A stretch of 64,000 nucleotides of DNA from Thermoanaerobaculia bacterium (GCA_963719225.1 CAVRAY010000001.1:2272001-2336000); one strand, 5' to 3'; shown: positions 48,933 through 59,529, counted from the first letter of the stretch. Notes: generated by a model from the sequence alone, not told the origin. Numbers and translations: made by a program.

Positions 48933-50245
48933 CTAGAGCTCAGACCGGATGGGGGTCACGAGCCACTCCGTCACTCTCTTCTTCAGCGGGCGTGACCCCC
49001 ACATCGCGTGCGTGTACGGACGGCATCGCGACAGGTCCCGGAGATAGCTCTCTTTCATCTGCGAGGAGAAGGCGGCGTCGTAGACGAACAGGTTGATCTC
49101 CTCGTTCAGGTGGAAGGACCGGTCGTCGAAGTTCGCCGACCCCACCGTGGAGAAGACCCCGTCCACGACCATCGCCTTCACGTGAAACATCGTCGGCTGG
49201 TATTCGAAGATCTTCACGCCCCCCGCGAGGAGCGGTCCGAAGGCCGAACGTCCTGCCGCTTTGGTCGCGGGCACGTCGTTCTGCTCGTCCGACGGAACGA
49301 TCACCCGTACGTCGACCCCCCTCTTCACGGCGGCGACCAGGAGGCCGGCCGTCGCCTCGTCGGGAAGGAAGTACGAGTTCGCGATCCAGATCTCCTTCGC
49401 GGCGGCTGCCAGCGAGATCGCGTAGACGCGGCCCGCTCCCGACATCGCCGCGAGCGGTGACGACGGCACGACGGCGACGGAGCTCGTGCCGGCCTGCAGG
49501 AGAGGGGAAAAAATTCCTCGCCGACGAGCGGCTCGCCCGTCACCTCCGACCAGTTCTCCTGGAACGCCCGCTGGAGGCCGCGGACGGCAGGTCCTTCAAC
49601 CCGCAACTGTGTATCGCGCCAGTGCTCCTTGGAATCGGCGTTGCCCCGCCAGGGATCGGCGAAGCCCACCCCGCCGGTGAAGCCGAGCGCGCCGTCCACC
49701 ACGAGAATGCGCCGGTGGTTGCGATGGTTGAACACCCAGAGCATCCAGGGCTTCATCGAGTGGAAGAACTCCACGTGGCAGCCGGCCCGGCGCAGGACCT
49801 CGACGTCGCCCGCCTTCATGCGTCTGCCCGAGGATCCGACCGCGTCGAGGAGGACGCGGACCTGGACGCCGTGCGCGGCCCGTTCCGCGAGCGCGTCGCG
49901 AAAGCGCATGCCGACCTCGTCCGACCAGAAGATGTACGCCTCGAAGTTCACGGTCTTCCGGGCGGACGAGATGGCGGCGAGCATCGCGGGGAAGATCGCG
50001 TCGCCGTTCTCGAGAAGCTCGAGCTTGTTGCCGGACGTCATCGACGCGCCGGGCAGCGCCGACGGGAGAAACGTCGTCTCTTTCAAGGTGAAGTCGTGGG
50101 GCAGCTCGTAGACGGTCCGTTTCGGAGCGCCGGACTTCGCAATCGTGACGGCGAGAGCGTAGCCGGCAGCGACCGAAACGAGGATGATCGCGAAGACGGG
50201 CAGCCGCTTCGGGCGCCGGGGTGCGGAGGATTTCACCGATCCCAA
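48933..50245 (-). CDS. cls: Cardiolipin synthase/phospholipase D, frameshifted near 49500
   Basis: LLENGDAIFPAML, NHRRILVVDG..GFTGG, WRDT, then in another frame YFLPD and FHVKAMVVDG.FSTVGSANFD.RS..LN.E. The shift lies at G4/A6 homopolymers. Confidence 0.85.
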
Positions 50246-50247
50246 GA

Positions 50248-51696
50248 CTATCCCTTCTCGCCGGCCTGCTTGCCTGGCGGAACCGGCCCTTCCGAGCCTC
50301 GAGGCCGATCCGTTCGCAGTCCCCCGGCTTGACCTTCCTTCGCGAACCAGCCCGCGGCGCCGACGAGATGTAACGACGTCCCGTTTTCTCCGAGCCCGAG
50401 TCCGAGGGAGAGTGCCCCCTTCCGCACGAGAAGGGCTCCCCAATGGCGGCCGCGGACCTCGCGCCAGTCCGCATCGATCGAGAATGTCCCGGCTTCCGCA
50501 CGGGCCGGCGACAGGGCGAGGAGACCCCGCGAGATGCGCAGGCGGCCCGACGCCTCGAAATCCCGCAGGTCGAGAAGGCCCGCGATCCACTTCGGCGGGG
50601 CGGAGGGCAGCAGGGCCAGGAGCGGCCGTCCGTCTCCCAACCGCGCCGAGAGATGCGCGTCGAGTGATCCGTCCTTGACCCCGAGGCGCGCCTGTCGCGC
50701 TTCGAATACGCCGCTCCACGGCGCGCCGGTCGCACCCTCGAGCGAGACGTCCTTCACTCTGACGCGCGTGCCGTCGAGCGCCACGCTCCACGCCGGAAAG
50801 TCGATCCGGCGCGCAATGACGTTCGCCCGGACCGCGCCCCGCACCGTCCTCTTTCCGAGCCTTGCGACGACCGACGTCGCTTCGGCGTCGATCCGGGCGG
50901 TCCCGCGCCCGTCCCGCAATGCGACGCGCGCGCGAACGATCCCGGCCCCGCCGGGTGCGAGACGCGGCCCGCCGCCCGCGGGCGCGAGAAACGCGAGGCC
51001 GTCGAGCGTGCCGCGGAGGGACGCCCCGCCCGACATGATCTTCCAGACCTCGTTGCCCGCGTAGACCTGCGTGTCGAACCGCGGAAGAGACGCGCGCACG
51101 CTCCCGGTGGTCTCCCGTGAAACGGTTTCTCTTCCCCAGTTCAGAGTGCCCTGCCCTACGGCCAGCTCGCTCGGGAATACCTCGGCCTCGAGGCCTGGAC
51201 GGAGGAAGAGCCCCCCGGTCACACGAGCCGCGCCCGTCCAATGCCAGGAATCGATCCAGATCTCGCGCACGAGCCCCACTCTCAGGTCGTCCACGACGAC
51301 GCTCCAGGGATTGCCGGGTGGGACGGCGGCGGCGCCCGGAGGATCGCGGAGCGGTGGCTCGGCGAATCCGGAGATGCGTGGATATCGCGCGAGTCGGGCG
51401 GGTGTCGCCTCGGAGGGCTCGAGACGCTCCCGAAGGCGAAACGAGAGGGCCTCCGCTCGAACGGAGCCCGCCCGGAAACGCCGCGTCAGAAGGCTCGAGA
51501 GGCGAACGTGAACCGACACTCCTTCGAGTCGGGCCTCCCATTCGATGTTCGAGTCCCGGCTCCGGAGGATGAGGGTGTCGAACCGAAGGCGCCCCGGCAC
51601 GAACGATCGCGCGCCGGTATGCGTGACAAAGAGCTCCGCGGGATCGGAGTTGATGAGCCCGGAGAGCCGATCCGACCGCAGAGCGAGGTTCGTCAC
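50248..51696 (-). CDS. Hypothetical beta-rich membrane-anchored protein
   Basis: 482-aa ORF. An in-frame hydrophobic segment lies upstream of the called GTG, so the true start is probably near 51790. Confidence 0.65.
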   Translation of the reverse strand: MTNLALRSDRLSGLINSDPAELFVTHTGARSFVPGRLRFDTLILRSRDSNIEWEARLEGVSVHVRLSSLLTRRFRAGSVRAEALSFRLRERLEPSEATPARLARYPRISGFAEPPLRDPPGAAAVPPGNPWSVVVDDLRVGLVREIWIDSWHWTGAARVTGGLFLRPGLEAEVFPSELAVGQGTLNWGRETVSRETTGSVRASLPRFDTQVYAGNEVWKIMSGGASLRGTLDGLAFLAPAGGGPRLAPGGAGIVRARVALRDGRGTARIDAEATSVVARLGKRTVRGAVRANVIARRIDFPAWSVALDGTRVRVKDVSLEGATGAPWSGVFEARQARLGVKDGSLDAHLSARLGDGRPLLALLPSAPPKWIAGLLDLRDFEASGRLRISRGLLALSPARAEAGTFSIDADWREVRGRHWGALLVRKGALSLGLGLGENGTSLHLVGAAGWFAKEGQAGGLRTDRPRGSEGPVPPGKQAGEKG

Positions 51697-51817
51697 ACCG
51701 ACGAGGCTGAGGAAAACGACCGCCGCGGCACCGGCGACGATCAGAATCGCCCGGCGGAGGCCGACACTCCTCCTGCGACCTCGGGGCGTGATTCCGCGAA
51801 ATGCGAGCAGGAGTCTC

Positions 51818-52261
51818 TCAGCCTTCGATCTTGACCGTCACTCGGCGGGCCTTGTCGTCGCCGGTCTGCTCGGTGAGGCGCACGCGAGATCCGACGGCGA
51901 CCCCCGGGTCGACCGCGAGGGCCGTGTCCTTTGCGTCGAGGGCGACCGTGTGGGTCTTCTTCTCGCCGGTCATGACTTCAATCTTCTTACCCGGCTCGTA
52001 GATCGTAACCGTGCCGACGTACGTCTCGACCTTGCCCTTCACGGTGCCGGCGCCCGTCTCCGTCTTCGTCTCGGTCTTCGCCTCCAGCGTGTTGCCGACC
52101 TGCTTCGACTCCTGGGTCGTCTTCACCTCGCCCTGGGCGGTCTTCGTCGTCGACTCCGACTTGCGCTCGATCGCGCCCGGCTCTTTAGCGCAGGCGAAAG
52201 CCGCCACGAGCAGTGCGGCTGCCAGGGTGCTTGGAAGAAAGGTGTACCTGCGGTGTTGCAT
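51818..52261 (-). CDS. Hypothetical lipoprotein
   Basis: Lipobox AAFAC, Thr/Lys-rich. AGGAG SD. Confidence 0.75.
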   Translation of the reverse strand: MQHRRYTFLPSTLAAALLVAAFACAKEPGAIERKSESTTKTAQGEVKTTQESKQVGNTLEAKTETKTETGAGTVKGKVETYVGTVTIYEPGKKIEVMTGEKKTHTVALDAKDTALAVDPGVAVGSRVRLTEQTGDDKARRVTVKIEG

Positions 52262-52289
52262 GAAGTTGATGTCTCCTGACGGGTGAAAA

Positions 52290-52304
52290 GCAGAGGTCGT
52301 GCCA
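52290..52304 (-). promoter_or_regulatory. Sigma54 -24/-12 promoter
   Basis: TGGCAC-GACCT-CTGC upstream of the ATG at 52261. Confidence 0.65.
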
Positions 52305-52374
52305 GCAGATCCTTCAAGCGCCAAGCGTTAGTTCGGCACGCGTTACCGATTGCAGCGGCAAGAATGTCCGAGCC

Positions 52375-52887
52375 GTGAACCGAGAAATCGACAGGATAGC
52401 GGCGGCCCGGGCGACCGAGTCCGGCATGCGGTGTGCTCTTCTCCACTCCGTGGTAGACCGACTCAACTCCCTCCTGCGTCTCGAGCTCGCGGCCGTGGCC
52501 GGATATCACAAGGCCCTCCGGGCGGTGAAGAAGAAGGCCGTCGTCGACAGCGACCATCTCCTGCAGCTCGCCTCCGATCACCAGCGAACGGTCGCCGTTC
52601 TGCAAGGCTCCGTCCAGGCCCGAGGCGGTGCACCGGTGCTCGAAGGGGACCCCTGGGAGGCCTCGGTCGCCGCCGGTTTCCCCGGCAACGGCACGTCGGC
52701 CGCCCTGGAAAGGCAGAAGTTCGTAGGCGCGCTCCTCGAGGTCGAGCGGCGTGGTCTCGCCGAGTACGAAGCCGCTCTGGGCTCGCTCGACGACGACGCC
52801 CGGGATCTCGTCGAGCTCGAGCTGATCCCGCGGCAGCAGAAACACGTCGCGGGGCTCCTCGCCATGCTGGCCCTCCTCACCGTGTGA
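52375..52887 (+). CDS. Ferritin-like DUF2383-type protein
   Basis: LNSLLR.ELAAV..Y..AL, H..., LLE.E..GL..YE.AL, LIP.Q..H. Confidence 0.75.
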   Translation: MNREIDRIAAARATESGMRCALLHSVVDRLNSLLRLELAAVAGYHKALRAVKKKAVVDSDHLLQLASDHQRTVAVLQGSVQARGGAPVLEGDPWEASVAAGFPGNGTSAALERQKFVGALLEVERRGLAEYEAALGSLDDDARDLVELELIPRQQKHVAGLLAMLALLTV

Positions 52888-52951
52888 TCCGACTTACGCC
52901 AGAGAACGAGGCGCGCACCTGGGTGAGTGTGCTAGCTTCGCTGCTCGTCGA

Positions 52952-53620
52952 ATGGACGCTCCGCCTCTTCCCGACCTTGGCGGCGGATCCGCTCGTACCC
53001 TGCTTGCTCTTCGGCATGCCCTGGCCGACCCGCTCTCGGGCGCCGCGCTGAAGCTCGACCTCGTGGAGCGGCGGCTCGCGGCACCCGCTGGTGCCGATCC
53101 GTCCTGGATCGTGGAGCGTGTTCGGGCGGTACAGGCCGACGTGGGGACGGCGAATCGACTCCTCGACCTCCTGCTCCGCCTCGCGGAGATCGCGGGCGAG
53201 CCGGCGGGCGAGACGTCTCTCCGCGACGTCTGCCGCTCCGCGGGCATTCCGCTCGACGAGGCTGCCGCGGCCGTTCCGCGTCTCGCGCTGCGCCAAAGGG
53301 CTTCGGCCGAAGCGATCCAGAGCGTCGCGTCGTTCGGACGGGGTGACGGCGGCCCCTCCCCGATTGGAAGAGCGGGACTCGAGAGCGGGCGGGTGACCCT
53401 GACCCTAGAAGGGTCGCGGGTGGCGAGCGATGGCCGCCCCGAACGGCTTCTCGATCTGCCTCATGGGATCGAGGATGCGGAGGCTCTCTTCGTGGCCCGG
53501 GCCGCGGTCGAGGCCGATGGGGGTCGCCTGGAGCTCAGCGAGCGCGGCGGACGCCTCGTCGCGCTCTTTTCGTGGCCCATCCGTCTTGAAAGCGAGCCCG
53601 GGGGAAAGGACAGTCCATGA
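52952..53620 (+). CDS. Sensorless histidine-kinase-like protein with degenerate ATPase domain
   Basis: H-box-like LRHALADPLSG. The C-terminal LFVARAAVEADGGRLEL lacks G-boxes. ATGA overlap with the response regulator. Confidence 0.6.
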   Translation: MDAPPLPDLGGGSARTLLALRHALADPLSGAALKLDLVERRLAAPAGADPSWIVERVRAVQADVGTANRLLDLLLRLAEIAGEPAGETSLRDVCRSAGIPLDEAAAAVPRLALRQRASAEAIQSVASFGRGDGGPSPIGRAGLESGRVTLTLEGSRVASDGRPERLLDLPHGIEDAEALFVARAAVEADGGRLELSERGGRLVALFSWPIRLESEPGGKDSP

Positions 53621-55023
53621 AGGTCCTCGTGGTCGAGGACGAGCCGGGCGTCCGGGCGTCGCTCGTCGAGCTCATCCGGGAGCTCGGATACGAGGCATCC
53701 GCGGTGGGCTCGGTGGCGGACGCACGCGACGCTTTGACTCGCCTGGCGCCGGACGTCTGCATCGCCGACCTCGGGCTGCCGGACGGGAACGGGCTCGACG
53801 TCGTGCGCGCCGCGAAGGCGGATGGAGCGGACTGCGCGGTCCTGGTTCTCACGGGTCAGGGTTCGATCCTGGCTGCGGTCGAGGCGATGAGGGCCGGCGC
53901 CCACGACTTCCTGCTCAAGCCGCTCAAGCCCGCCCTCCTCGCGTCGGCTCTCGCGCGCCTTTCGGAGCGTCACGATCCGCAACCTGCGGCGCACCCCGAG
54001 AGGGCGGCCGCGGGTCAGCTCGGGGAGATGGTCGGCCGCTCCGCGGCGATGCAGGAAGTCTTCCGCCTGATCGCCCGCGTGGCGGGTTCGGAAGCGCCCG
54101 TGATGATCACCGGCGAGAGCGGCACGGGCAAGGAGGTCGCGGCCCGCACCGTTCACGCCCTGTCGCGCCGCCGTCGAGGGCCGTTCGTCGCGGTCAACTG
54201 CGGCGCGATCTCGCCGACCCTCGTCGAGAGCGAGCTCTTCGGACACGAGAAGGGTTCGTTCACCGGGGCGGAGCGGCGTCATGCCGGCACTTTCGAGATG
54301 GCCCACGGAGGAACCCTGTTCCTGGACGAAGTGACGGAGATGCCGCCCGAGCTGCAGGTGAAGTTCCTTCGCGTCCTCGACACCCGCGCCTTTCGGCGGG
54401 TCGGCGGAAACGAGGAGCTGGACGTCGACGTCCGTCTCGTGGCCAGCTCGAATCGCGACCTCAACGAGGCGGTGCGCAGCGGGTCGTTCCGACCCGACCT
54501 CTTCTATCGGCTGAACGTCTTCCCGCTGCGCATGCCGACCTTGCGCGAACGCAAGGCCGACATCCCGGCGCTCGCGAGTCACTTCCTGTCCCAGCTCGAG
54601 GAGAAGGAGCGACGCGGCTTCACGGCGTTCGAGAGCGGGGCGCTCGAGGCGCTGGACCGGCACGACTGGCCGGGAAACGTGCGAGAGCTGAGAAATGCGG
54701 TGCATCGGACCTATGTCCTGAGCGACCCGCCGGTCGTTCAGACGGAGGCGGCGGAAGCGGTCCTCCAGGGGTCGCACCCGGTCGGCGGTCAGCCCGGGGT
54801 AGGCGCGGACGAGGAGTCATGGCCCGAGGTGCCCGTGCGCGTCGGAGAGAAGCTGGAGGCGGTCGAGCGCAAGCTGCTGCTCGCCACATTGCAGGCCGTG
54901 AACGGGGACCGGAGAACGGCGGCCGAGATCCTCGGCATCAGCCTCAAGACCGTCTACAACCGGCTCAAGCAGTACGGCCTCGATCACCACGCGATTCCCA
55001 AGGGACGAAATCGAGGTTCCTGA
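53617..55023 (+). CDS. NtrC-family sigma54-dependent response regulator
   Basis: REC (VEDE, DLGLPD), [34 protein letters not shown], Fis-type HTH. Confidence 0.96.
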   Translation: MKVLVVEDEPGVRASLVELIRELGYEASAVGSVADARDALTRLAPDVCIADLGLPDGNGLDVVRAAKADGADCAVLVLTGQGSILAAVEAMRAGAHDFLLKPLKPALLASALARLSERHDPQPAAHPERAAAGQLGEMVGRSAAMQEVFRLIARVAGSEAPVMITGESGTGKEVAARTVHALSRRRRGPFVAVNCGAISPTLVESELFGHEKGSFTGAERRHAGTFEMAHGGTLFLDEVTEMPPELQVKFLRVLDTRAFRRVGGNEELDVDVRLVASSNRDLNEAVRSGSFRPDLFYRLNVFPLRMPTLRERKADIPALASHFLSQLEEKERRGFTAFESGALEALDRHDWPGNVRELRNAVHRTYVLSDPPVVQTEAAEAVLQGSHPVGGQPGVGADEESWPEVPVRVGEKLEAVERKLLLATLQAVNGDRRTAAEILGISLKTVYNRLKQYGLDHHAIPKGRNRGS

Positions 55024-55038
55024 GCGAAATCGGCGCCG

Positions 55039-55407
55039 TCAAGGGCACGAAACCTCGATGCCCTGCCCGGAGGGAGCGACACCCCCATCGAGATAGGAAA
55101 TCACGAGGCGCAGGGAGGAGACCGGCGACATCCACGCCGCGCTCGCCCGCGGCGCCAGCAGGGAAACGTCGGACCACGCGTCTCCGTCATCCGCGGACAT
55201 CACGGTGCCCACGGCGATGAGCGTCCACGACACGGTAACGCCGGCCCGTGTGTTGTTCGTCACCATGATGGTCGGCTGCTGCCAGGCGTCACACCACGCG
55301 AGCATGGTGATTTGAGCCCGCAGGTGCACCACCGAGGGCGGCCCGGCTGGCGCAACAGGCCGATGCGGGCTTAACGCGAGCGCGACGACAAGCAGGAGGG
55401 GATTCAT
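55039..55407 (-). CDS. Hypothetical exported protein
   Basis: MNPLLLVVALAL signal peptide. GAAGGA SD. Confidence 0.55.
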   Translation of the reverse strand: MNPLLLVVALALSPHRPVAPAGPPSVVHLRAQITMLAWCDAWQQPTIMVTNNTRAGVTVSWTLIAVGTVMSADDGDAWSDVSLLAPRASAAWMSPVSSLRLVISYLDGGVAPSGQGIEVSCP

Positions 55408-55477
55408 GTGTCCTTCTCCCCTTCTCCTCCGCAAGGGCGATGCCGCGCTTCGCGGCGTCGTCGGTTCTCGGAACCCC

Positions 55478-55708
55478 TTACGTCCGGAAGAGGTAACCCT
55501 GGACGAGAACCACTCCGCCCACGCCGAGCGAAAGGAGTCCGGCGAGCACGAGGACGCCCAGCGAGAGCAGTCCCGCGAGCCGGGGAAGAGAAACGACCAA
55601 TTGTTCCTCGACGGCCGATACCGCGGGATCTGCGGACGGCGGGCTCGCCACTCTTTCGGCTGGAGAAGCACCGCCGCGGCGCGGGCCGAGATCGTGAAAG
55701 GGACTCAT
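55478..55708 (-). CDS. Small hypothetical membrane protein
   Basis: C-terminal hydrophobic (LAGLLSLGV)x2. Lies downstream of a sigma54 motif. Confidence 0.5.
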   Translation of the reverse strand: MSPFHDLGPRRGGASPAERVASPPSADPAVSAVEEQLVVSLPRLAGLLSLGVLVLAGLLSLGVGGVVLVQGYLFRT

Positions 55709-55756
55709 TGGGACGCGTTTACTTTCTTCAAGGTTTCCATCCGAGCGCAGCACTCT

Positions 55757-55771
55757 GCAAGCCAGGTGCCG
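55757..55771 (-). promoter_or_regulatory. Sigma54 -24/-12 promoter
   Basis: CGGCAC-CTGGC-TTGC. Confidence 0.65.
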
Positions 55772-55886
55772 GTCGAAACGTCGAGGAACGACGTCGGCTG
55801 TCCAACACAACGGCACATTTTTCCGGAAAGAGCTGCAAAGCGTGCTGGGCGTGCGCGCCGAGCTCTCCGGCGAATTTACGACCGGC

Positions 55887-57537
55887 TCACGAAGGTCCGC
55901 CTCGATCGCTCCCCGCCTCCAGGAGGACGAGCTCGAGTCTCTTGAGCTGGACAGGCTTTGCGAAGTGATGATCGAACCCGGCCGACCGGGACCTTGCCCG
56001 ATCGTCCGGCTGGACCCAGCCGGAAAGGGCGACGAGGAGGAGCCCGCTCAGCTCCGGCTCAGCCCGGAGGCGACGCGCCGCCTCGTATCCATCGAACCCG
56101 GGGAGCCCGATGTCCAGGATCGCGACGTCGGGGCTCAGGCGGCGCGCCGCGTCGACTCCGGATGGGCCATCGTGCGCGACGTGCGTCTCGTGCCCCCCGA
56201 GCGCCAGGAGCTCTGCGAGCGTGAGAGCGGCCTCGACGTTGTCGTCCACGATGAGGATCCGGCGTGGCGGCGCCGGCGCGCCCGGCGCCGCCTGCGCGGC
56301 CGGAGGAGCTGCGGCGTCGGCGGCCGCGCACGCGAGACGGAGCGTGAAGACACTGCCCTTGCCTTCGCCCTCGCTCGCCGCGGTCAGGCTGCCGCCGTGC
56401 AGCTCGGTGAGGCTCTTCGCGAGCGCCAGGCCGATCCCGAGGCCTCCGTAGACCGCCTTGTTGGCCCGGTGCCCCTGTCCGAACATCGTGAAGACGTGGG
56501 CGAGCAGCGCCGCCGGGATGCCGATGCCCGAGTCGATGACCGATACCACGAGATCCTCGCCGTCTCGCACGGCCTCGAGTCGGATTCGCCCGCCCGGCTC
56601 GGTGTACTTGGCGGCGTTCGACAGGAGGTTCGACAGGACCTGCGCGAGCCGCATCGGATCGGCGTGCAGGAGCACCGGCGCCTCGGGCACGATCAGCTCG
56701 AACTCCTGCCGGCGGCCGAGAAGGAGAGGCTCGGCGGTCTCGAGCGCGCTCTCGACGACGGCCGCGAGGGACACCCACTCGCGGCGCAGCTCCAGCTTCC
56801 CGTGCGTGATGCGGGAGAGGTCGAGAAGCTCGTCGATCAGGCGCACCATGTGCCTCACCTGCCGCTCGATCACGCGCAGCGCCCGCTCGCGCCTCTCTCC
56901 TTCCTCGCGCGTGTCGCCCGTTCGCGACAGGATCTCGGTTGCGCTCGAGAGCGGCGCGAGCGGGTTGCGGAGCTCGTGCGCCAGCGTGGCGAGGAACTCG
57001 TCCTTCCGGCGGTCCACGTCGCGAAGCGCGCGCGCGGCCGCGCGCCGCTCGGCCACTTCGGCCGCCAGCGCCTCGTTCATGGTCTCGAGCGCGTCGGCGC
57101 GCTCGGCGACACGAGTCTCCAGCTCGTCTCGAATGTGGCGGAGCGCCGCCTCGCGCTTCGAAGCCGCGACCGCGTATCGGATCGAGCGCTCGAGCAGCTC
57201 CGAGTCGAGACGACTCCCGACGAGGTAGTCCTCGGCTCCGCTCTCCATCGCCGCGAGGTCCTCGGTTCGCTCCGGCTCATCGGCGATCAGGATCACGGCA
57301 CCCTCGCCGCCGGACTCGCGGTATTCACGCAGGAGGTCGACGCCGCTCTTCTTGTCGAGCCGGCAGGCCACGAGGTGGACGTCGTAGCGGTGGCGACGAC
57401 ATGCGCTCGAGGCCGACGTCGTAGGTCGCGGCCCGCTCCACGTCCGCGGGAACCGCCATCCCGGCCATCAGGCCGCGCATCAGAACGGAGCTGTCCTGGT
57501 CGGCGTCCACGAGCAGGACGCGCATCGGGGTCGGCAT
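55887..57537 (-). CDS. Hybrid histidine kinase (pseudo-REC, HisKA, HATPase, REC), frameshift near 57395
   Basis: FLATLAHELRNPLAP, NLLSNAAKYT, DSGIG, GLGIGL, C-terminal VDDN...DIGLP. The N-terminal MRVLLVD is in another frame. Confidence 0.88.
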
Positions 57538-57631
57538 CGAGCCAAGGCCTCGAAAAGAGCATAGGTCTCGCTCGATCGTGGCGTCAACGAACGGACCCGG
57601 CGAGCTTCGGCGGCGGTCGCCCGCTACCGGA

Positions 57632-57646
57632 TGGCACTGTTGTCGC
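57632..57646 (+). promoter_or_regulatory. Sigma54-like promoter
   Basis: TGGCAC-TGTTG-TCGC. Confidence 0.45.
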
Positions 57647-57748
57647 GGTGCCGAGATTTCCGGATGCTCGTCGACCCGGTCTATGGAACGAATGCAATCC
57701 GACGCCTCTGCGGCGCAACGGTCGAGCTCAAGCACGGGAGGAACGACG

Positions 57749-57945
57749 ATGAAATGGATGGGCGCTTTCTTTCTCGGCTACGTCCTTCTGCTCGCGGGCT
57801 CTTTGCGGCCCTCTGGAAGCTCGGAGTCCTGAAGAACGTGAGCGGGGTCTGGATCGGTATCGGGGCCCTCATCGCGGTGGGTGTCGGGCTCATGGTCGCG
57901 GTGGCCAACAGCGGGCGCAAGGAAACCACCCAGATCGACAAGTAG
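57749..57945 (+). CDS. Small two-TM protein, frameshift near 57800
   Basis: MKWMGAFFLGYVLLLAG continues in another frame as LFAALWKLGVL...IGIGALIAVGVGLMVAV. GGAGG SD. Confidence 0.6.
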
Positions 57946-58027
57946 ACGAAAAGTTTGCCGGATCTCCGGAAGGACTTACCTCTCCGAGCGTTCGTTCGCT
58001 CGAAGAGGTACCTCCCGTCAGCGGGAA

Positions 58028-58414
58028 TCAGTTGTAGATGACGCGCTCGGTCGACCAGTGTCCTGGGATGTATCGCGTTCCGCCCCGCACCCTCTGATAT
58101 CGGGCGCCGATCCAGCGCGCGTGGGCGCGCGGCGGCTCGGCCCAGCGGCCGTCACTCCAGTTCCACTCCGAACCTGTGTGATGCCAGTACCCGCCCTGCC
58201 ACACGTGATGCCGGCCCGGCCGCTCGGAACGGACTTCGCGTCGGAGCGCCGGCCGCGGGCTGTTCACGATGCGAACGTGGAGGTCGCCCGGCATGAAAGA
58301 TACACCTGGCGGCATCGGGGGTTGAGGCTGCGCGATCGCCGTGCCCGCGAAGGGCACCGCGGCAGCCATGGCGAAGAGAGCGGCGGCTAGAGTGAAATGC
58401 TTCGTTTGTCTCAT
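58028..58414 (-). CDS. Exported YXWGXW/WXXGXW repeat protein
   Basis: Signal peptide, VWQGGYW, WSDGRW, YIPGHW. Confidence 0.8.
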   Translation of the reverse strand: MRQTKHFTLAAALFAMAAAVPFAGTAIAQPQPPMPPGVSFMPGDLHVRIVNSPRPALRREVRSERPGRHHVWQGGYWHHTGSEWNWSDGRWAEPPRAHARWIGARYQRVRGGTRYIPGHWSTERVIYN

Positions 58415-58426
58415 GGTGACGACTCT

Positions 58427-58441
58427 GCAAGCGGCAGGCCA
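58427..58441 (-). promoter_or_regulatory. Sigma54 promoter, possibly leaderless
   Basis: TGGCCT-GCCGC-TTGC ends 12 nt before ATG 58414. Confidence 0.55.
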
Positions 58442-58620
58442 CGAGTTCAGGCGTGAAGCGTGACGCGCGCACGGGCCAAGACGTGGTCGGTCCCAAGGTG
58501 GACGCCGACGCTCTCCCGACCTAGGGAGCGGCATGAAAGACGTCGGCAGGTTTTTCCGACGAGATCGGCAAGACGTGCCAATGCGCGAGGCGTGACCTCG
58601 GTTCTGGCTCCTCTTTCATC

Positions 58621-58647
58621 AAAAGGCCCCCGCGCGCGCGGGGGCCT
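58621..58647 (-). terminator. Intrinsic terminator
   Basis: AGGCCCCC-GCGCGCGC-GGGGGCCT hairpin followed by TTT on the minus strand, just after the stop at 58672. Confidence 0.7.
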
Positions 58648-58671
58648 CTGCGTCACCACGTCGAGCGAAGA

Positions 58672-59163
58672 TTACGGTTTGAGAACGTGGCGAACCCGGT
58701 TCCACGCGTCGCGACTCGCGTCGCGAACGTCCTCCCAGGCATGGCGCGTCTCACCCCGGGCGGCCGCCCAGCCTTTGGCGAGGTGGGATTTCTCCGCCTC
58801 CTCGAATGTCATGCCCTTCTTCGTCACCGCGTTCTCCCAGCCGTACCGATAGGCGGCCTCATAGTCTCCGAACGTCTTGCCCTGTTTGTAATACGGGCGC
58901 GTCTTGTAGTTCAGGCGCCAGTAGTCCGTCTCCACGGACGGATCAAGAGCCTCGGCGGCGGCGTGGCCACTGACCGCGCCGACAGCCGCGCCGACAGCCG
59001 CTCCGACCGCTGCGCCGACCGGGCCGCCGACAGCCGCTCCGCCCAGAGCACCGGCTCCGGCGCCGCCTGCGGCCCCAACGGCCGTACCGACGGGATGAGA
59101 CTGTGCAGGGCTTGTCTCCACCTTCACCTTGGTGATCGTGTCGGGATTCTTCGTTGTGCTCAT
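58672..59163 (-). CDS. Glycine-zipper hypothetical (general-stress type) protein
   Basis: HPVGT.VGAAGG.. GPVGAAVGA, YWR..Y..RPYY, AYRYGWE, W..VR.A.RDAW.R. AGGAGG SD. Confidence 0.8.
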   Translation of the reverse strand: MSTTKNPDTITKVKVETSPAQSHPVGTAVGAAGGAGAGALGGAAVGGPVGAAVGAAVGAAVGAVSGHAAAEALDPSVETDYWRLNYKTRPYYKQGKTFGDYEAAYRYGWENAVTKKGMTFEEAEKSHLAKGWAAARGETRHAWEDVRDASRDAWNRVRHVLKP

Positions 59164-59223
59164 CGTCAAGCCTCCTGCCGACCGCGACGCAACTGCCTTG
59201 AAGGTCGGCATCGTGTGGCAGGA

Positions 59224-59238
59224 GCAAGCGGCGTGCCC
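59224..59238 (-). promoter_or_regulatory. Sigma54 promoter
   Basis: GGGCAC-GCCGC-TTGC. Confidence 0.6.
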
Positions 59239-59312
59239 TGAAGTTCGCCCTGAAAGACGGCTAGCGGTAAAGGCCCGATGAGTGGTTCACTCGGGCCCTC
59301 GAGCTCCGCCAA

Positions 59313-59393
59313 TCACCCGCGTCTGCTGTTCCAATAATAGCCGCCGCCCCCGAACAGAAGGAGCAACACGACAACTAAGAGGATGAGGTTCAT
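59313..59393 (-). CDS. 26-aa single-TM small protein (DUF3309-like), absent from the ORF track
   Basis: MNLILLVVVLLLLFGGGGYYWNSRRG*. Purine-rich SD and its own sigma54 motif. Confidence 0.7.
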   Translation of the reverse strand: MNLILLVVVLLLLFGGGGYYWNSRRG

Positions 59394-59425
59394 GATCTTT
59401 CCCCCCTTTCTCAAGAGGCAAGGGA

Positions 59426-59440
59426 GCACGGGGCGTGCCA
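59426..59440 (-). promoter_or_regulatory. Sigma54 promoter
   Basis: TGGCAC-GCCCC-GTGC. Confidence 0.6.
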
Positions 59441-59514
59441 GTCGCGTAACAGTACCGAAGGGGTCGAAGGCGGCGCCACCGGGTCACGCGCCGCCACAGC
59501 GCCGCTGCCTCACG

Positions 59515-59529
59515 TGGCACCGGGCTTGC
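59515..59529 (+). promoter_or_regulatory. Sigma54 promoter (consensus)
   Basis: TGGCAC-CGGGC-TTGC. Confidence 0.7.

Noticed and set aside
52334-52353. CGGCAC...TTGC as a sigma54 promoter for the ferritin-like gene
   Set aside because: GG-to-GC spacing is too long for the strict -24/-12 geometry.
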